Positions 40,368 to 50,428 of a stretch of DNA of 64,000 nt are shown here, in pieces (positions within the stretch are counted from its first letter, which is position 1; every line of letters begins with the position of its first letter). Below the pieces are notes generated by a model, which was not told where the DNA came from, made no database searches, and saw only the letters and a program-made list of their open reading frames with translations. Made by a program: the position numbers and the translations under genes. The stretch is from positions 1,120,001-1,184,000 of the forward strand of contig OY761611.1 of the NCBI GenBank assembly GCA_963664875.1, given 5' to 3'. This stretch comes from Candidatus Kapaibacterium sp. GTDB lineage: Bacteria > Bacteroidota > Ignavibacteria > Kapaibacteriales > UBA2268.

Positions 40368-41240
40368 TTAAAATGCCATCAATTTACCGACTGACAGTAC
40401 TAATACTACTGCAAGCACATAAATATTAATGTCTCTGAAAGCAAATTTGAAATTGTAATTGTCGTAGTATTTACCAACCAAGCCTTTTGTCCTGTAAACC
40501 AAAGTGCCACCTGCAATCAAAAGTAGAAGTGTTGACCATTCCTTACCGGTTTCCATCGCAGGAATCAAAAGACAACTCGCTGCAAGTGCTGCCACCCATA
40601 CATAACTCATTCTCGTAATTTGCTGTTTAGAAAAGAATTTAGTTAATGTAGGAAAACCAGCTCTCTGATAGTCTTCATCGTAAATCAAAAGCAAAAACCA
40701 GAAATGTGGTATCTGCCAGATAAAGAAGAACAAAGCCAAAGCCAACAGTTGTGGTGCAAATATACTTCCGCCTGCTGCTACCCATCCTATTGCCGGAGGG
40801 ATAGCCCCAATAACAGCTCCGGGAACTACAGCCAAAGGAGATACTTTCTTCATAGGAGTATAAATTAAATTATACCAAACGATTGCCATCACTCCCAGAA
40901 ACATCGCAAGAGTGCCAAATGCTACCTGCAAAAGAAGCAAACCTGCAATTATATTGAACAGTGCAAACCCGATAGCGTGCTTCATAGAAATAGTTGACAT
41001 AGGCAGAGGTCTGCTCATTGTCCGCTGCATCATTGCATCTGTTCTCCATTCCTGTATGTGGTTTATAGCCGAAGAACCTGAAGATAATAGGAATATACCT
41101 AAGGAAGACAGTATTATTCCAATATCCAAACTATCAGCTGCAAGGATATAACCAACTGCACCGGAAATGGCTACAAAGAAAGTTATTCTAAATTTGCTGA
41201 GTTCGAAGTATATGTTCTGATATTTTCTAATATTTATCAT
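40368..41240 (-). CDS. ctaB: Protoheme IX farnesyltransferase (heme O synthase)
   Basis: DAMMQRTMSRPLP, YTPMK, GAIPPAIGW, WQIPHFW, DYQRAG. Confidence 0.92.
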   Translation of the reverse strand: MINIRKYQNIYFELSKFRITFFVAISGAVGYILAADSLDIGIILSSLGIFLLSSGSSAINHIQEWRTDAMMQRTMSRPLPMSTISMKHAIGFALFNIIAGLLLLQVAFGTLAMFLGVMAIVWYNLIYTPMKKVSPLAVVPGAVIGAIPPAIGWVAAGGSIFAPQLLALALFFFIWQIPHFWFLLLIYDEDYQRAGFPTLTKFFSKQQITRMSYVWVAALAASCLLIPAMETGKEWSTLLLLIAGGTLVYRTKGLVGKYYDNYNFKFAFRDINIYVLAVVLVLSVGKLMAF

Positions 41241-42232
41241 TTTTCTATCAATTCCATAAACATATCTGCAATTTCGTTCAACTCATCCTCACTGATTCGA
41301 CCTTTATGAGTTGGCATCATATATTTTTTGAAGCCAACTGCTATTTGCTTGTCAGGATCAATAATAGAGTTAACAATATAATCTCTGTCGATTTCAATTA
41401 TTCTTGTATTGCCCTCTTCGTCATAGATTTCAGTATCGCCATCGAATAATCCTTTGAAAGAAGGACCGGTGAAGACGCTACCATCTGTGGAGTGGCATGT
41501 AATACAAGTATGCTTTTTAAGTAATTGGAAAGACTCATGGTTGCGGAGAGCTTCTGCAAACTGATTAGCCTTTTGTTCCAATTTCTCTTCATTTGTTACT
41601 TCCTTTTGAGGAGCTTGAGCAAGACCTGTATTTTCTGCTTCATACCAGCTGTCAAACCAGTCAGCATCTACTACTTTTAAAGTGGAATACATATAAGAGT
41701 GGTTTAAGCCACAATACTCAGCACAAGCTACATCAAAAGTACCTTTCACCTTAGGTGTAAGTATCAAATATGTATTTCTGCTTGCTATTACGTCCTCTTT
41801 TAGTCTAAAAGCAGGAATATAGAAGCTGTGGTTCACGTCTATCGAGCGCATCTCAAGTCTTGTAACTCTGTCAACCGGAATGTAAAGTGTATCTGATTTT
41901 TTGCCGTTGGGATAAGTATAATCCCATTGCCACATTCTACCTTTGACATCAACCACTAGCGACTCGTTCGCCGTAGCTCTGAGATTGTGGTAACTTGTAA
42001 AGCTGTAATAAAACATCATCATCACTAAAGCGAGGGGAATTACAATCCAAGCGATTTCCAGCCCCACGTGCCCATGAATTTGGGTTGCCTTAGGGTTTCT
42101 TTTTCTGCTGTATCTAAATACAAAGTAAATCATCGTAACGGTTATACCTATCAAGAAAAAAAGAGATATACTTACGATAAGTAGCATTGTACTATCTACA
42201 CTTTCAGCATAATTTGTTGCACCTGAAAACAT
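41237..42232 (-). CDS. coxB: Cytochrome c oxidase subunit II with fused cytochrome c
   Basis: Two TM helices, WQW, DVNHSF, CuA motif CAEYCGLNHSYM, C-terminal CITCH; ATG at 42232 after GAGG. Confidence 0.92.
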   Translation of the reverse strand: MFSGATNYAESVDSTMLLIVSISLFFLIGITVTMIYFVFRYSRKRNPKATQIHGHVGLEIAWIVIPLALVMMMFYYSFTSYHNLRATANESLVVDVKGRMWQWDYTYPNGKKSDTLYIPVDRVTRLEMRSIDVNHSFYIPAFRLKEDVIASRNTYLILTPKVKGTFDVACAEYCGLNHSYMYSTLKVVDADWFDSWYEAENTGLAQAPQKEVTNEEKLEQKANQFAEALRNHESFQLLKKHTCITCHSTDGSVFTGPSFKGLFDGDTEIYDEEGNTRIIEIDRDYIVNSIIDPDKQIAVGFKKYMMPTHKGRISEDELNEIADMFMELIEK

Positions 42233-42242
42233 ATAATCTACC

Positions 42243-42542
42243 TCACCTATAAAAGACATCAAATGCAGTTAAAGCAAATACTACTGCAAGGATTGTTAGT
42301 GTAACCAGTAAAAACACTTTAAAAATCAAGTCATCGAACTTAATGTGCATAAAGACATTAATCACAAGTATAGACTTAATTGCAGCTATAATCATAGCCA
42401 CCAATAAGGTATAAGAACCTAAATCTATCCCCGCAATCGCAACTGTCAAAGCTGTTAAGCCCAATAATGACATCCAAATCAGTACATTCATTCCGTAACC
42501 CGGAGAATGGTCATCGCTGTGGTTTATTTTGTTGTTATTCAT
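42243..42542 (-). CDS. coxD: Cytochrome c oxidase subunit IV
   Basis: LLGLTALTV, IAAIKSILV..FMHIK; ATG at 42542 after GAGG. Confidence 0.85.
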   Translation of the reverse strand: MNNNKINHSDDHSPGYGMNVLIWMSLLGLTALTVAIAGIDLGSYTLLVAMIIAAIKSILVINVFMHIKFDDLIFKVFLLVTLTILAVVFALTAFDVFYR

Positions 42543-42553
42543 GTCATTACCTC

Positions 42554-43177
42554 TTAGTGTAATAAGTAAAAGAGCGGGAATAAAAATATCCAAATAAGGT
42601 CAACCAAGTGCCAATATAGTCCGCCGTTTTCTAACTTGATATAGTTGTCAGAAGTTACTTTGTCTCTATAAATAAAACTTAGCATAAATGCCAAAATAAC
42701 GACACCTATTATTATATGTAGCCCGTGGAGACCTGTCATTGTGTAGTACAAGCCATAGAATATGACCTGTCCGTTTGACATATCAGCTAAAGTTTCTGAC
42801 CCCGGATAAATGCCGTGATGTATCTTAGCTGACCACTCGAAATACTTAATTACCATAAAACCAAGTGCAAACACTTTTGTAAGTACCAAATATAGCATAG
42901 AATAGAGCTTATTGCCTTTTCTTAGAGCTACTATAGAAAGCACCATTGTCAAAGAACTTGTCAGCAATATCATTGTATTGACTGTACCCATAGTAATATC
43001 AAGCTCTTTAGCGGCAAGATGGAACTCCTGAGAGTATTGGTATCTATAAGCCATATAGAGTATAAAAAGCCCACCAAACAGCAATAGTTCAGTAAAAAGG
43101 AACAGCCACATTCCTATCTTCGCACCGTAATCGTCGCGGTGCGTATGTGTTTCATGACTAACTGTTTCCGTGCTCAT
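42554..43177 (-). CDS. coxC: Cytochrome c oxidase subunit III
   Basis: GMWLFLFTELLLFGGLF, TGLHGLH, YWHLVDLIWIFLFPLFYL. Confidence 0.93.
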   Translation of the reverse strand: MSTETVSHETHTHRDDYGAKIGMWLFLFTELLLFGGLFILYMAYRYQYSQEFHLAAKELDITMGTVNTMILLTSSLTMVLSIVALRKGNKLYSMLYLVLTKVFALGFMVIKYFEWSAKIHHGIYPGSETLADMSNGQVIFYGLYYTMTGLHGLHIIIGVVILAFMLSFIYRDKVTSDNYIKLENGGLYWHLVDLIWIFLFPLFYLLH

Positions 43178-44804
43178 CGCCTTCCTCCTCTAATAGCTCA
43201 TAATCGTAAGGTCCATGCGTTACAATAGGTTCTTCCATAAAGTTAGTAAGTGGTGGCGGAGACGGAACTGTCCATTCCAAAGTTAAACCACCCCATGGGT
43301 TAGCAGGAGCTTTCTCTCCGGATCTCCATGCTTTGATAAGATTATATGCCATTAGAATAATACCTGCGATTAGTACCCATGAGCCAACAGTAGCAACCTG
43401 ATGCAATGTTTCAAATTGTGGCAGATAATCGTAGTATCTTCTTGGCATACCGAGATATCCGAGTATAAACATTGTGAAGTAAAGCATATTAAAGCCTACA
43501 AACATAATTCCTATAGACCACAATGCTCGTTTTTCGTTGTACATCTTACCAAACATCTTAGGGAACCAGTAATGAATTGCTGCAAAGAAAATAAATGCTG
43601 TACCGCCAAACATTACGTAGTGGAAGTGACCTACTACAAAATATGTATCATGCAAATGAACATCAGTAGAGAGTGAACCAAGTACAAGACCGGTCAAACC
43701 ACCGATTGAAAACAGCACAATAAATGCCATCACAAATGCAAAAGGAGCCGACATTTTGATAGATCCCTTATACATAGTCGCAACCCAGTTAAACACTTTC
43801 ACAGCACTCGGTATGGCAACGATATATGTAAAGAAGGAGAAAATCCATCTTGATGTATCACTCATGCCTGATGTAAACATGTGGTGTCCCCACACGAGGT
43901 AGCCTACAAAAGCAATAGCCAATGACGAGAACACAATAGCTTTATAACCGAAGATATGCTTGCGGGCAAACGTCGGAATAATTTCAGAAACTACACCCAT
44001 GGCAGGTAAAATCATAATATATACTGCAGGGTGAGAGTAAATCCAGAATAAGTGCTGGAATAAAATCGGATCGCCGCCTTTAGCAGGATCAAATAGACCA
44101 ACACCAAAATATTGTTCTACAATTACTAATAAGATTGTTATACCAACTACCGGTGTTGCAATGATTTGAATCCATGCAGTTGAGTATAATGACCATACAA
44201 AAAGAGGCATTCTGAAAAATTTCATACCTTTTGCACGAAGCCTATGTACAGTTGTTACAAAGTTTATGCCCGTAAGAATTGAAGAAAATCCGAGTATAAA
44301 CGCCCCGAGCAGCGGGAATATTACCTCCGTAGTTGTCCTTAAGCTATACGGCACATAAAATGTCCAACCCGTATCAATTGGACCACCAGAGAGGAATAGT
44401 GAAAATATAGCAAACAAACCGCCGATTGTATAAAGCCACCATGAGGCTAAATTCAATCGAGGAAAACTAACGTCTTCCGCCCCAATATGTATTGGCAGGA
44501 AGAAGTTACCAAATGCAGCCGGAATGCCGGGCACAATAAACAGGAATATCATTATAATGCCGTGCAAAGTAAAGACAGCATTATAAGTCTGTGGTTCCAT
44601 GATTGTTCTGCCTTGGCTTAACATCTCGAATCTCATTAAGAAACCGAGAGTAACTCCAACAGCAAAGAAACCAAGCATGGAAATCAAATAAAGAATACCA
44701 ACTCTTTTGTGATCAGTGGATAATATCCAGGCGAAAATGCCTTTATACTTCCCCTTATAATCCAAAAAGCTTGTGTAATTGGTATCAACTCCTTGAGTTG
44801 CCAT
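43158..44804 (-). CDS. coxA: Cytochrome c oxidase subunit I, type A2
   Basis: TDHKR, GWTFY, YSHPAVY (A2 signature), VWGHHM, HDTYFVVGHFH, GMPRR. Confidence 0.96.
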   Translation of the reverse strand: MATQGVDTNYTSFLDYKGKYKGIFAWILSTDHKRVGILYLISMLGFFAVGVTLGFLMRFEMLSQGRTIMEPQTYNAVFTLHGIIMIFLFIVPGIPAAFGNFFLPIHIGAEDVSFPRLNLASWWLYTIGGLFAIFSLFLSGGPIDTGWTFYVPYSLRTTTEVIFPLLGAFILGFSSILTGINFVTTVHRLRAKGMKFFRMPLFVWSLYSTAWIQIIATPVVGITILLVIVEQYFGVGLFDPAKGGDPILFQHLFWIYSHPAVYIMILPAMGVVSEIIPTFARKHIFGYKAIVFSSLAIAFVGYLVWGHHMFTSGMSDTSRWIFSFFTYIVAIPSAVKVFNWVATMYKGSIKMSAPFAFVMAFIVLFSIGGLTGLVLGSLSTDVHLHDTYFVVGHFHYVMFGGTAFIFFAAIHYWFPKMFGKMYNEKRALWSIGIMFVGFNMLYFTMFILGYLGMPRRYYDYLPQFETLHQVATVGSWVLIAGIILMAYNLIKAWRSGEKAPANPWGGLTLEWTVPSPPPLTNFMEEPIVTHGPYDYELLEEEGDEHGNS

Positions 44805-44807
44805 AAA

Positions 44808-45593
44808 TTACTCCTTGTTTGAATTTTTATCTTTTTTTCTGCCTTTTATCAGAAGTACTGCGAAGAACAGACCAATAGAAGCAAAAATCACGGTGCCTGC
44901 AATCTTATTAAAATTGAAGACATATTTATTTCCTTCAGGGTCATAGCTAAAACAATACTCCAATATTTTATTTATAGTAGGTGTAGCTTTTCCTTCGCTT
45001 GCCTCAATAAGAGCCATTTTAACATCAAAAGGAAGAAACTGAGTACCTGTTAGGTATCTTGTGATTTTCCCTTTCGGAGAGACCATTATTAGAGTGGCAG
45101 CGTGGACATAGTCTTTACCGTCTTCTTTGTAATAAAATCCGGCAGCATCTGTTAGTTTTCTGACAGATAAGCTATCTCCTACCATAAATTTCCAATCTTC
45201 CGGAGACATATCTTTTCGTTTTAAAGAACTAAAATGGTTTTTATGCCATTTTTTTGCTAATTCAGCATTTTCTTTATGGTCAAAACTTATAGTTAAAACC
45301 TGAAAATCTTCCCCGGGATTAAGTTCTACTTTATCAACGACTTCACTTAGTCCTGTCAAAAGAGGGCTACAAATTCCCGGGCAATTATAATAGACAAACG
45401 CCAAAATTGTAGGTTTGTCAATCAATTCAGAAAGTTTATAAGTCTTTCCGTCAGAATTAGTAAAACTCAGCTCCAACGGTAAAGTCTCTCCGAGATGCTC
45501 TTCTATACCTAATTTCTCTTCGCTTTGTTCAGTATTTGCCAAAATCGAGGAGAAACAAAATAGAAAAGCAAATATGTAAATCATATTTCTCAT
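44808..45593 (-). CDS. SCO family copper chaperone
   Basis: YYNCPGIC (CxxxC) motif, YVH, C-terminal TM. Confidence 0.88.
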   Translation of the reverse strand: MRNMIYIFAFLFCFSSILANTEQSEEKLGIEEHLGETLPLELSFTNSDGKTYKLSELIDKPTILAFVYYNCPGICSPLLTGLSEVVDKVELNPGEDFQVLTISFDHKENAELAKKWHKNHFSSLKRKDMSPEDWKFMVGDSLSVRKLTDAAGFYYKEDGKDYVHAATLIMVSPKGKITRYLTGTQFLPFDVKMALIEASEGKATPTINKILEYCFSYDPEGNKYVFNFNKIAGTVIFASIGLFFAVLLIKGRKKDKNSNKE

Positions 45594-45701
45594 AAGAATA
45601 CCTAAATTTAATTATCGTAGTTTCTAAACTATGCCAATCCATTCATTATAGAGATTGTAAAAAAATATCTCAATGGATATTTTTTTTGGTTAGTATCTGT
45701 T

Positions 45702-45737
45702 ATAATCAACCGTAGGGTTAACCCTACGGTTGATTAT
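45702..45737. repeat. Perfect 36-bp palindrome, GTAG-type REP-like
   Basis: ataatcaaccgtagggtt/aaccctacggttgattat with no loop. Confidence 0.7.
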
Positions 45738-45759
45738 GTTGAATTGACTTTAGCATAAT

Positions 45760-46710
45760 TTATGAGAACTTGAGTGCAAGATACTTTCTAACAGCATCCC
45801 ACTTTTCTTTATCAATTTTCAAAGCTTCAGTATTGAAGCCATTTTCGCCGATGTGGCTGGTTATTACATCAAGCATTACATCAGTATCCTCTACCCACCT
45901 TAAATCCTTGCCAAGTACTGTCATTGCAGTTTTTACGCAGTAAGTAGCAGATTTGAAAGTTAATGCTTCTTCATAGATTCTGTCATTTTGTACAGCCTTG
46001 CTAAGCATCTCTACATCTTTCATCAGCTTGGTTTGACTCTTCTGTATGATTTCTTTTGCTTTGGCAACAGGAATCTGCGGAGCAGTTGTCAAACCTTCCG
46101 TCAGCTTATAAGTCATATCTAAGGTCATTATATCTTCTTCAGTGTCCTGAGGATAATCAGTACCGAAGTTCTTTCTTATGTAGTGAATTAGTGCGATTCT
46201 GTCTGTCGGAGTAAGGTAATTATACGATACCATACCGTTTGCAACTATACCTTCTTCCAAAGTCTTATACATATCACCAAATTTTCTGCCGTTTGTCCAG
46301 CCATCAGCTGAAGTAAAATTACGAGGTTTAGGGTTCATAGAAGCACCTGCGACACCATCACCTTTACCTGCGTCTCCGTGGCAGGAAGCACATGTAGTTG
46401 CAAATAGCTCCTTGCCTTTCGCTAGCAATTCATCATTTGGAGTAGAAAGAATACTTAAATCAATACCCGCTACAGACATAGCTGCTTTTGGTTCTAAATC
46501 CTTGTTATAGTCAGGGATATTTGTTTTTGAAGGCGGAATAAGGTTCCTTTCTATAGTTGCCATATTGTCAACATAGAATTTGCCTGCTATAACAATGCCG
46601 ACTATAATTACCGGATAAATCAGTCCAAACCAACGACTTGGAGTCTTAGCAAGTTTGATAAAATCTATCTCGATTTCCGGTCTTTTATTGTTTTCCATAT
46701 CATTTACCAT
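45760..46710 (-). CDS. Membrane-anchored monoheme cytochrome c
   Basis: N-terminal TM, CASCHG, PKPRNF, GM axial ligand. Confidence 0.82.
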   Translation of the reverse strand: MVNDMENNKRPEIEIDFIKLAKTPSRWFGLIYPVIIVGIVIAGKFYVDNMATIERNLIPPSKTNIPDYNKDLEPKAAMSVAGIDLSILSTPNDELLAKGKELFATTCASCHGDAGKGDGVAGASMNPKPRNFTSADGWTNGRKFGDMYKTLEEGIVANGMVSYNYLTPTDRIALIHYIRKNFGTDYPQDTEEDIMTLDMTYKLTEGLTTAPQIPVAKAKEIIQKSQTKLMKDVEMLSKAVQNDRIYEEALTFKSATYCVKTAMTVLGKDLRWVEDTDVMLDVITSHIGENGFNTEALKIDKEKWDAVRKYLALKFS

Positions 46711-46717
46711 TTACAGA

Positions 46718-47902
46718 TTATAAATGAAACTCGAGTCCGCGCTGCAATTTCGGGTCACCAACAGGCAACATATTCTTGTTTTTAGAACCAATTGCAAACA
46801 CCAAAATAATAACACCTGCCGGTAAGATAAATAGAGATAATTCTATCCAACCGAAAACAGGAGCTTCTTTGCTAAATGTAGGCATTATCAGCCAGTATAA
46901 GTCGAGAATGTGTGCAAACATTATCCAGATAGACATAAATTTAAGTCTTGTAGGATTGCTCTTAGCAGGCTGAGCTACTAAAGCAAAATATGGCACAGCA
47001 AAACGAATTATGATTAGCAAAAGAGAAACAACTCCCCATCCGCCTTCCATTCTATTGATATACCAAAATGTTTCTTCAGGAATATTAGAATACCAGATAA
47101 GAAGGAATTGAGAGAAGCCTATATAAGCCCAGAAGTTAGTGAAAGCAAACAGCAAGGCACCAAAGTTATAATAGTGATCTTTGTTGATATATTTGCTTAA
47201 ATATCCTTTCTGGTGCAAAGTAATAGCTATAAATGTCAATAATGCCAAACCGGTAAGTAAAGAACCTGAGAAATAGTAAACTCCAAAGATTGTGGAGAAC
47301 CAATGCGGCTCTAAACTCATAATCCAGTCGATAGACATGATAGTAACACCAATACCAAATATTGGAAGGAACATAGCAGACATTTTAATAGCTCTGCCGG
47401 TCAGTTTCCCTTCGCCTGTAGTGTCTTGCTTTTTGGATAGTCTTGTAAAAAGAGTATAAAACAAGATCATAAGGAAGAAGAAAGCAGCACTTCGTATGTA
47501 AAAGAATGATTCATTTAGATACGGAGCTTTTTGAGTCAAAAACTTATCGCCTTCCACAGCTTCTTTGTGAGTCCAGTGAAACATATCGTGCATATTGAAA
47601 ATAAGTGGAATTGCAAGCAAAGGAAGTATCCAAAAAATACCCGCATTCACTTCATTTACTCTTCTGAAAGGCACAGACCAGACAGCTCCTGCTATATACT
47701 CAAGTGCTACTATAAAGATAGAACCAACGCCTACGCTCAATAAGAACATATAAATTATATTCATATTAAAGGCAGCTCTGACATGATCTGAGGCAAAGCC
47801 AGCTGCTAATATCCCGGCACCAATGAGGAAAAGCACTAATCCAATCATTGTTACTTTAGCCGGAATCGGCTTTTTGACATAGTCTAATTGGAATTTGCTC
47901 AT
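46718..47902 (-). CDS. actF: Alternative complex III subunit F
   Basis: DWIMSLEPHWFSTIFG, WAYIGFSQFLLIWYSNIPEET, PVGDPKL. Confidence 0.9.
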   Translation of the reverse strand: MSKFQLDYVKKPIPAKVTMIGLVLFLIGAGILAAGFASDHVRAAFNMNIIYMFLLSVGVGSIFIVALEYIAGAVWSVPFRRVNEVNAGIFWILPLLAIPLIFNMHDMFHWTHKEAVEGDKFLTQKAPYLNESFFYIRSAAFFFLMILFYTLFTRLSKKQDTTGEGKLTGRAIKMSAMFLPIFGIGVTIMSIDWIMSLEPHWFSTIFGVYYFSGSLLTGLALLTFIAITLHQKGYLSKYINKDHYYNFGALLFAFTNFWAYIGFSQFLLIWYSNIPEETFWYINRMEGGWGVVSLLLIIIRFAVPYFALVAQPAKSNPTRLKFMSIWIMFAHILDLYWLIMPTFSKEAPVFGWIELSLFILPAGVIILVFAIGSKNKNMLPVGDPKLQRGLEFHL

Positions 47903-49038
47903 TTTACGTCCTCCTCATTAGCGTGTTTTGCTCTTTGTAGTGCTCGTACATAGTTAATAATTGCCCAGCGTTGTTCGCGAGTAATCTGTTTAGCATAAGA
48001 AGGCATTATATTTTGTCCTTCAGTCATAATATGGAAGATTCTTCCGTCTTTCCAGTTTCTTACTTTGTCAGTGTGCAAACTTGGAGGATTAGGGAATTGA
48101 TTATTCAATCTTCCGTCACCATCGCCATATAGTCCATGGCAAGGGCTGCAGTAAATATCATATCTTTCTTTGCCAAGTTCCAAATTTGCATCATCAGGGA
48201 AAGAAGGATTTACTAAATACTTCTCAGCAGAATCAGGTTGCCCTGTATATAAATATGGCATAAAACCTTTGGCTACAGTACCTTTAACCGGCTCTCTCAT
48301 AGAAAAACCATCTTCAAAGAAATCAGTTGGTTTCTGAGCTGAAAACTTATGCTGAGTCATCATCCAGTCAAATGGTGCTTCAAACAATGCTTTATTCATT
48401 ATGAAATATGCGATTGTTGAAACTGTTATAGCCAACAACACAAGGAAGCCAATAAACTTTTTGTCGAAAACAGCCGGTTTCCAGCCGGTTTCTTCTTCGT
48501 CGAAATAAATTTCTTCGATAGATTCGGCTCCAAGTTCTTGATATAAGGCTCTGATTTCAGCTTCATTGAATTTCTCATCATCAGCTTCGATTAGCAAGCC
48601 ATATCTGTCTGAAGATACTTTTTTCATATACTCAGTATCGTGGACAGGGTGACTGTTATTTGGAAACTTGAAGAAGAATATAATCATGGAAGCAACTGTG
48701 CCAACTGAAGCAAGCAACACAGTTACCTCGAATGTAATAGGAATGAATGCAGGTAAAGCAAATAATGGCTTACCTCCTATAACATTCGGATAGTCCACAT
48801 TGGTAGTCCACCACATAAAAAGCAAGGCAAGAGTTGCACCTGTCAAACCAAGTACCAAAGCAAAATAACCAAGCTTAGATGGTGGCAATTTCATAGCTCC
48901 GTCCATCCCGTGAACAGGATATGGAGTATTTACATCAAATTTTTTATATCCTTTATCTGCAACTGTTTTCGCAGCTTTCATTATTTTATCAGGACTGTCG
49001 AAAAGAGCAGCAAGTGAGTAAAGCATTTTGTTATTCAT
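47899..49038 (-). CDS. actD: ACIII ActD-ActE fusion (DUF3341 plus monoheme cytochrome c)
   Basis: [21 protein letters not shown] (ActD), then PVKGTV, YCSPCHG, MPSYA (ActE). Confidence 0.85.
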   Translation of the reverse strand: MNNKMLYSLAALFDSPDKIMKAAKTVADKGYKKFDVNTPYPVHGMDGAMKLPPSKLGYFALVLGLTGATLALLFMWWTTNVDYPNVIGGKPLFALPAFIPITFEVTVLLASVGTVASMIIFFFKFPNNSHPVHDTEYMKKVSSDRYGLLIEADDEKFNEAEIRALYQELGAESIEEIYFDEEETGWKPAVFDKKFIGFLVLLAITVSTIAYFIMNKALFEAPFDWMMTQHKFSAQKPTDFFEDGFSMREPVKGTVAKGFMPYLYTGQPDSAEKYLVNPSFPDDANLELGKERYDIYCSPCHGLYGDGDGRLNNQFPNPPSLHTDKVRNWKDGRIFHIMTEGQNIMPSYAKQITREQRWAIINYVRALQRAKHANEEDVK

Positions 49039-50428
49039 GTTTATTACCTCCTTCCTCTTCGTCATGTCCATGATGCGAAGGCTGAGCTCCATCTACAACT
49101 GCTTTTACCTCTGCGATAGAGACTACAGGCATTGTTTTTGTGAAAAGGAGCAATAAAGTAAAGAACATACCAAATGAGCCAATCAGAATACCAAAGTCAA
49201 CTAATGTTGGCTTGTAGTATGCCCAGCTTGATGGCAAGAAGTCTCTGGATAGAGAAGTAACGGTAATCACAAAACGCTCGAACCACATACCCACGTTTAC
49301 AAATACACCTATCATAAACATGAAAGGAATACTTCTGCGTAGTTTTTTAATCCAAAACAGCTGAGGTGAGATTACGTTGCAAGAAACCATAATCCAGTAT
49401 GCCCAAGCATAATCTCCAAATGCTCTATTCACAAAAGCGAAAGATTCTGCCTGGTTGCCGCTGTACCATGCAATAAAGAATTCCATAGCGTAAGCATAAC
49501 CTACCATAGAGCCTGTAAGAATGATAATTTTATTCATCTTCTCGAGAGTATCTACAGTAATAATATGCTCCATATTGAATATTTTTCTGATAAATATCAG
49601 CACATTCTGCACCATTGCAAAACCTGAGAACACCGCACCTGCCACAAAGTATGGCGGGAAGATGGTGGTATGCCAGCCCGGAAGTACTGACACGGCGAAG
49701 TCAAAACTCACGATAGTGTGCACCGAAAGCACAAGCGGAGTAGCAAAACCTGCCAAAATCAAATAAATCATTTCATAGTTAAGCCAGTGGCGGTTGGAAT
49801 GTCTCCAACCCAAGCTAAGAATAGAGTATATCACTTTCTTGATTTTGTTAGTTGTTCTGTCTCTCATAGTTGCAAAATCAGGCATCAAGCCAACATACCA
49901 GAACACAAAGGAGACAGTGAAATATGTAGATACCGCAAAAACGTCCCACAACAGCGGCGAAGTAAAGTTTACCCAAAGTCCGTGCTGATTAGGCAGCGGG
50001 AACAAATAATGAGCTAACCAAGGTCTGCCGACGTGGATTAGCGGGAAAATACCTGCGGTCATAACTGCAAATATTGTCATACCTTCAGCAAATCTGGCGA
50101 TACCATTTCTCCATTTCTGTCGGAACAAAAAGAGAATAGCCGAGATAAGAGTACCGGCGTGACCAATGCCTACCCAGAATACGAAGTTTACGATAGGGAA
50201 ACCCCACCCTACAGGGTTGTTGTTACCCCACATACCGGTACCATAATAAAAAGACAATCCCAAGCTAAGCGCACCAATCATCATAAGAGTCATAGTGAAA
50301 CCAATAGCCATAAAGAACTTCTTATCGGGCATCGTTTCGGTCGGCTTTATAACTACTTCATCAATAGAAGCTAAAGTCGGCTTACCTTCGATTACTGAAG
50401 GTTCATGGGTGTAATCAGTGTTCACCAT
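49031..50428 (-). CDS. actC: ACIII subunit C (NrfD/PsrC family)
   Basis: [55 protein letters not shown]. Confidence 0.95.
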   Translation of the reverse strand: MVNTDYTHEPSVIEGKPTLASIDEVVIKPTETMPDKKFFMAIGFTMTLMMIGALSLGLSFYYGTGMWGNNNPVGWGFPIVNFVFWVGIGHAGTLISAILFLFRQKWRNGIARFAEGMTIFAVMTAGIFPLIHVGRPWLAHYLFPLPNQHGLWVNFTSPLLWDVFAVSTYFTVSFVFWYVGLMPDFATMRDRTTNKIKKVIYSILSLGWRHSNRHWLNYEMIYLILAGFATPLVLSVHTIVSFDFAVSVLPGWHTTIFPPYFVAGAVFSGFAMVQNVLIFIRKIFNMEHIITVDTLEKMNKIIILTGSMVGYAYAMEFFIAWYSGNQAESFAFVNRAFGDYAWAYWIMVSCNVISPQLFWIKKLRRSIPFMFMIGVFVNVGMWFERFVITVTSLSRDFLPSSWAYYKPTLVDFGILIGSFGMFFTLLLLFTKTMPVVSIAEVKAVVDGAQPSHHGHDEEEGGNKHE

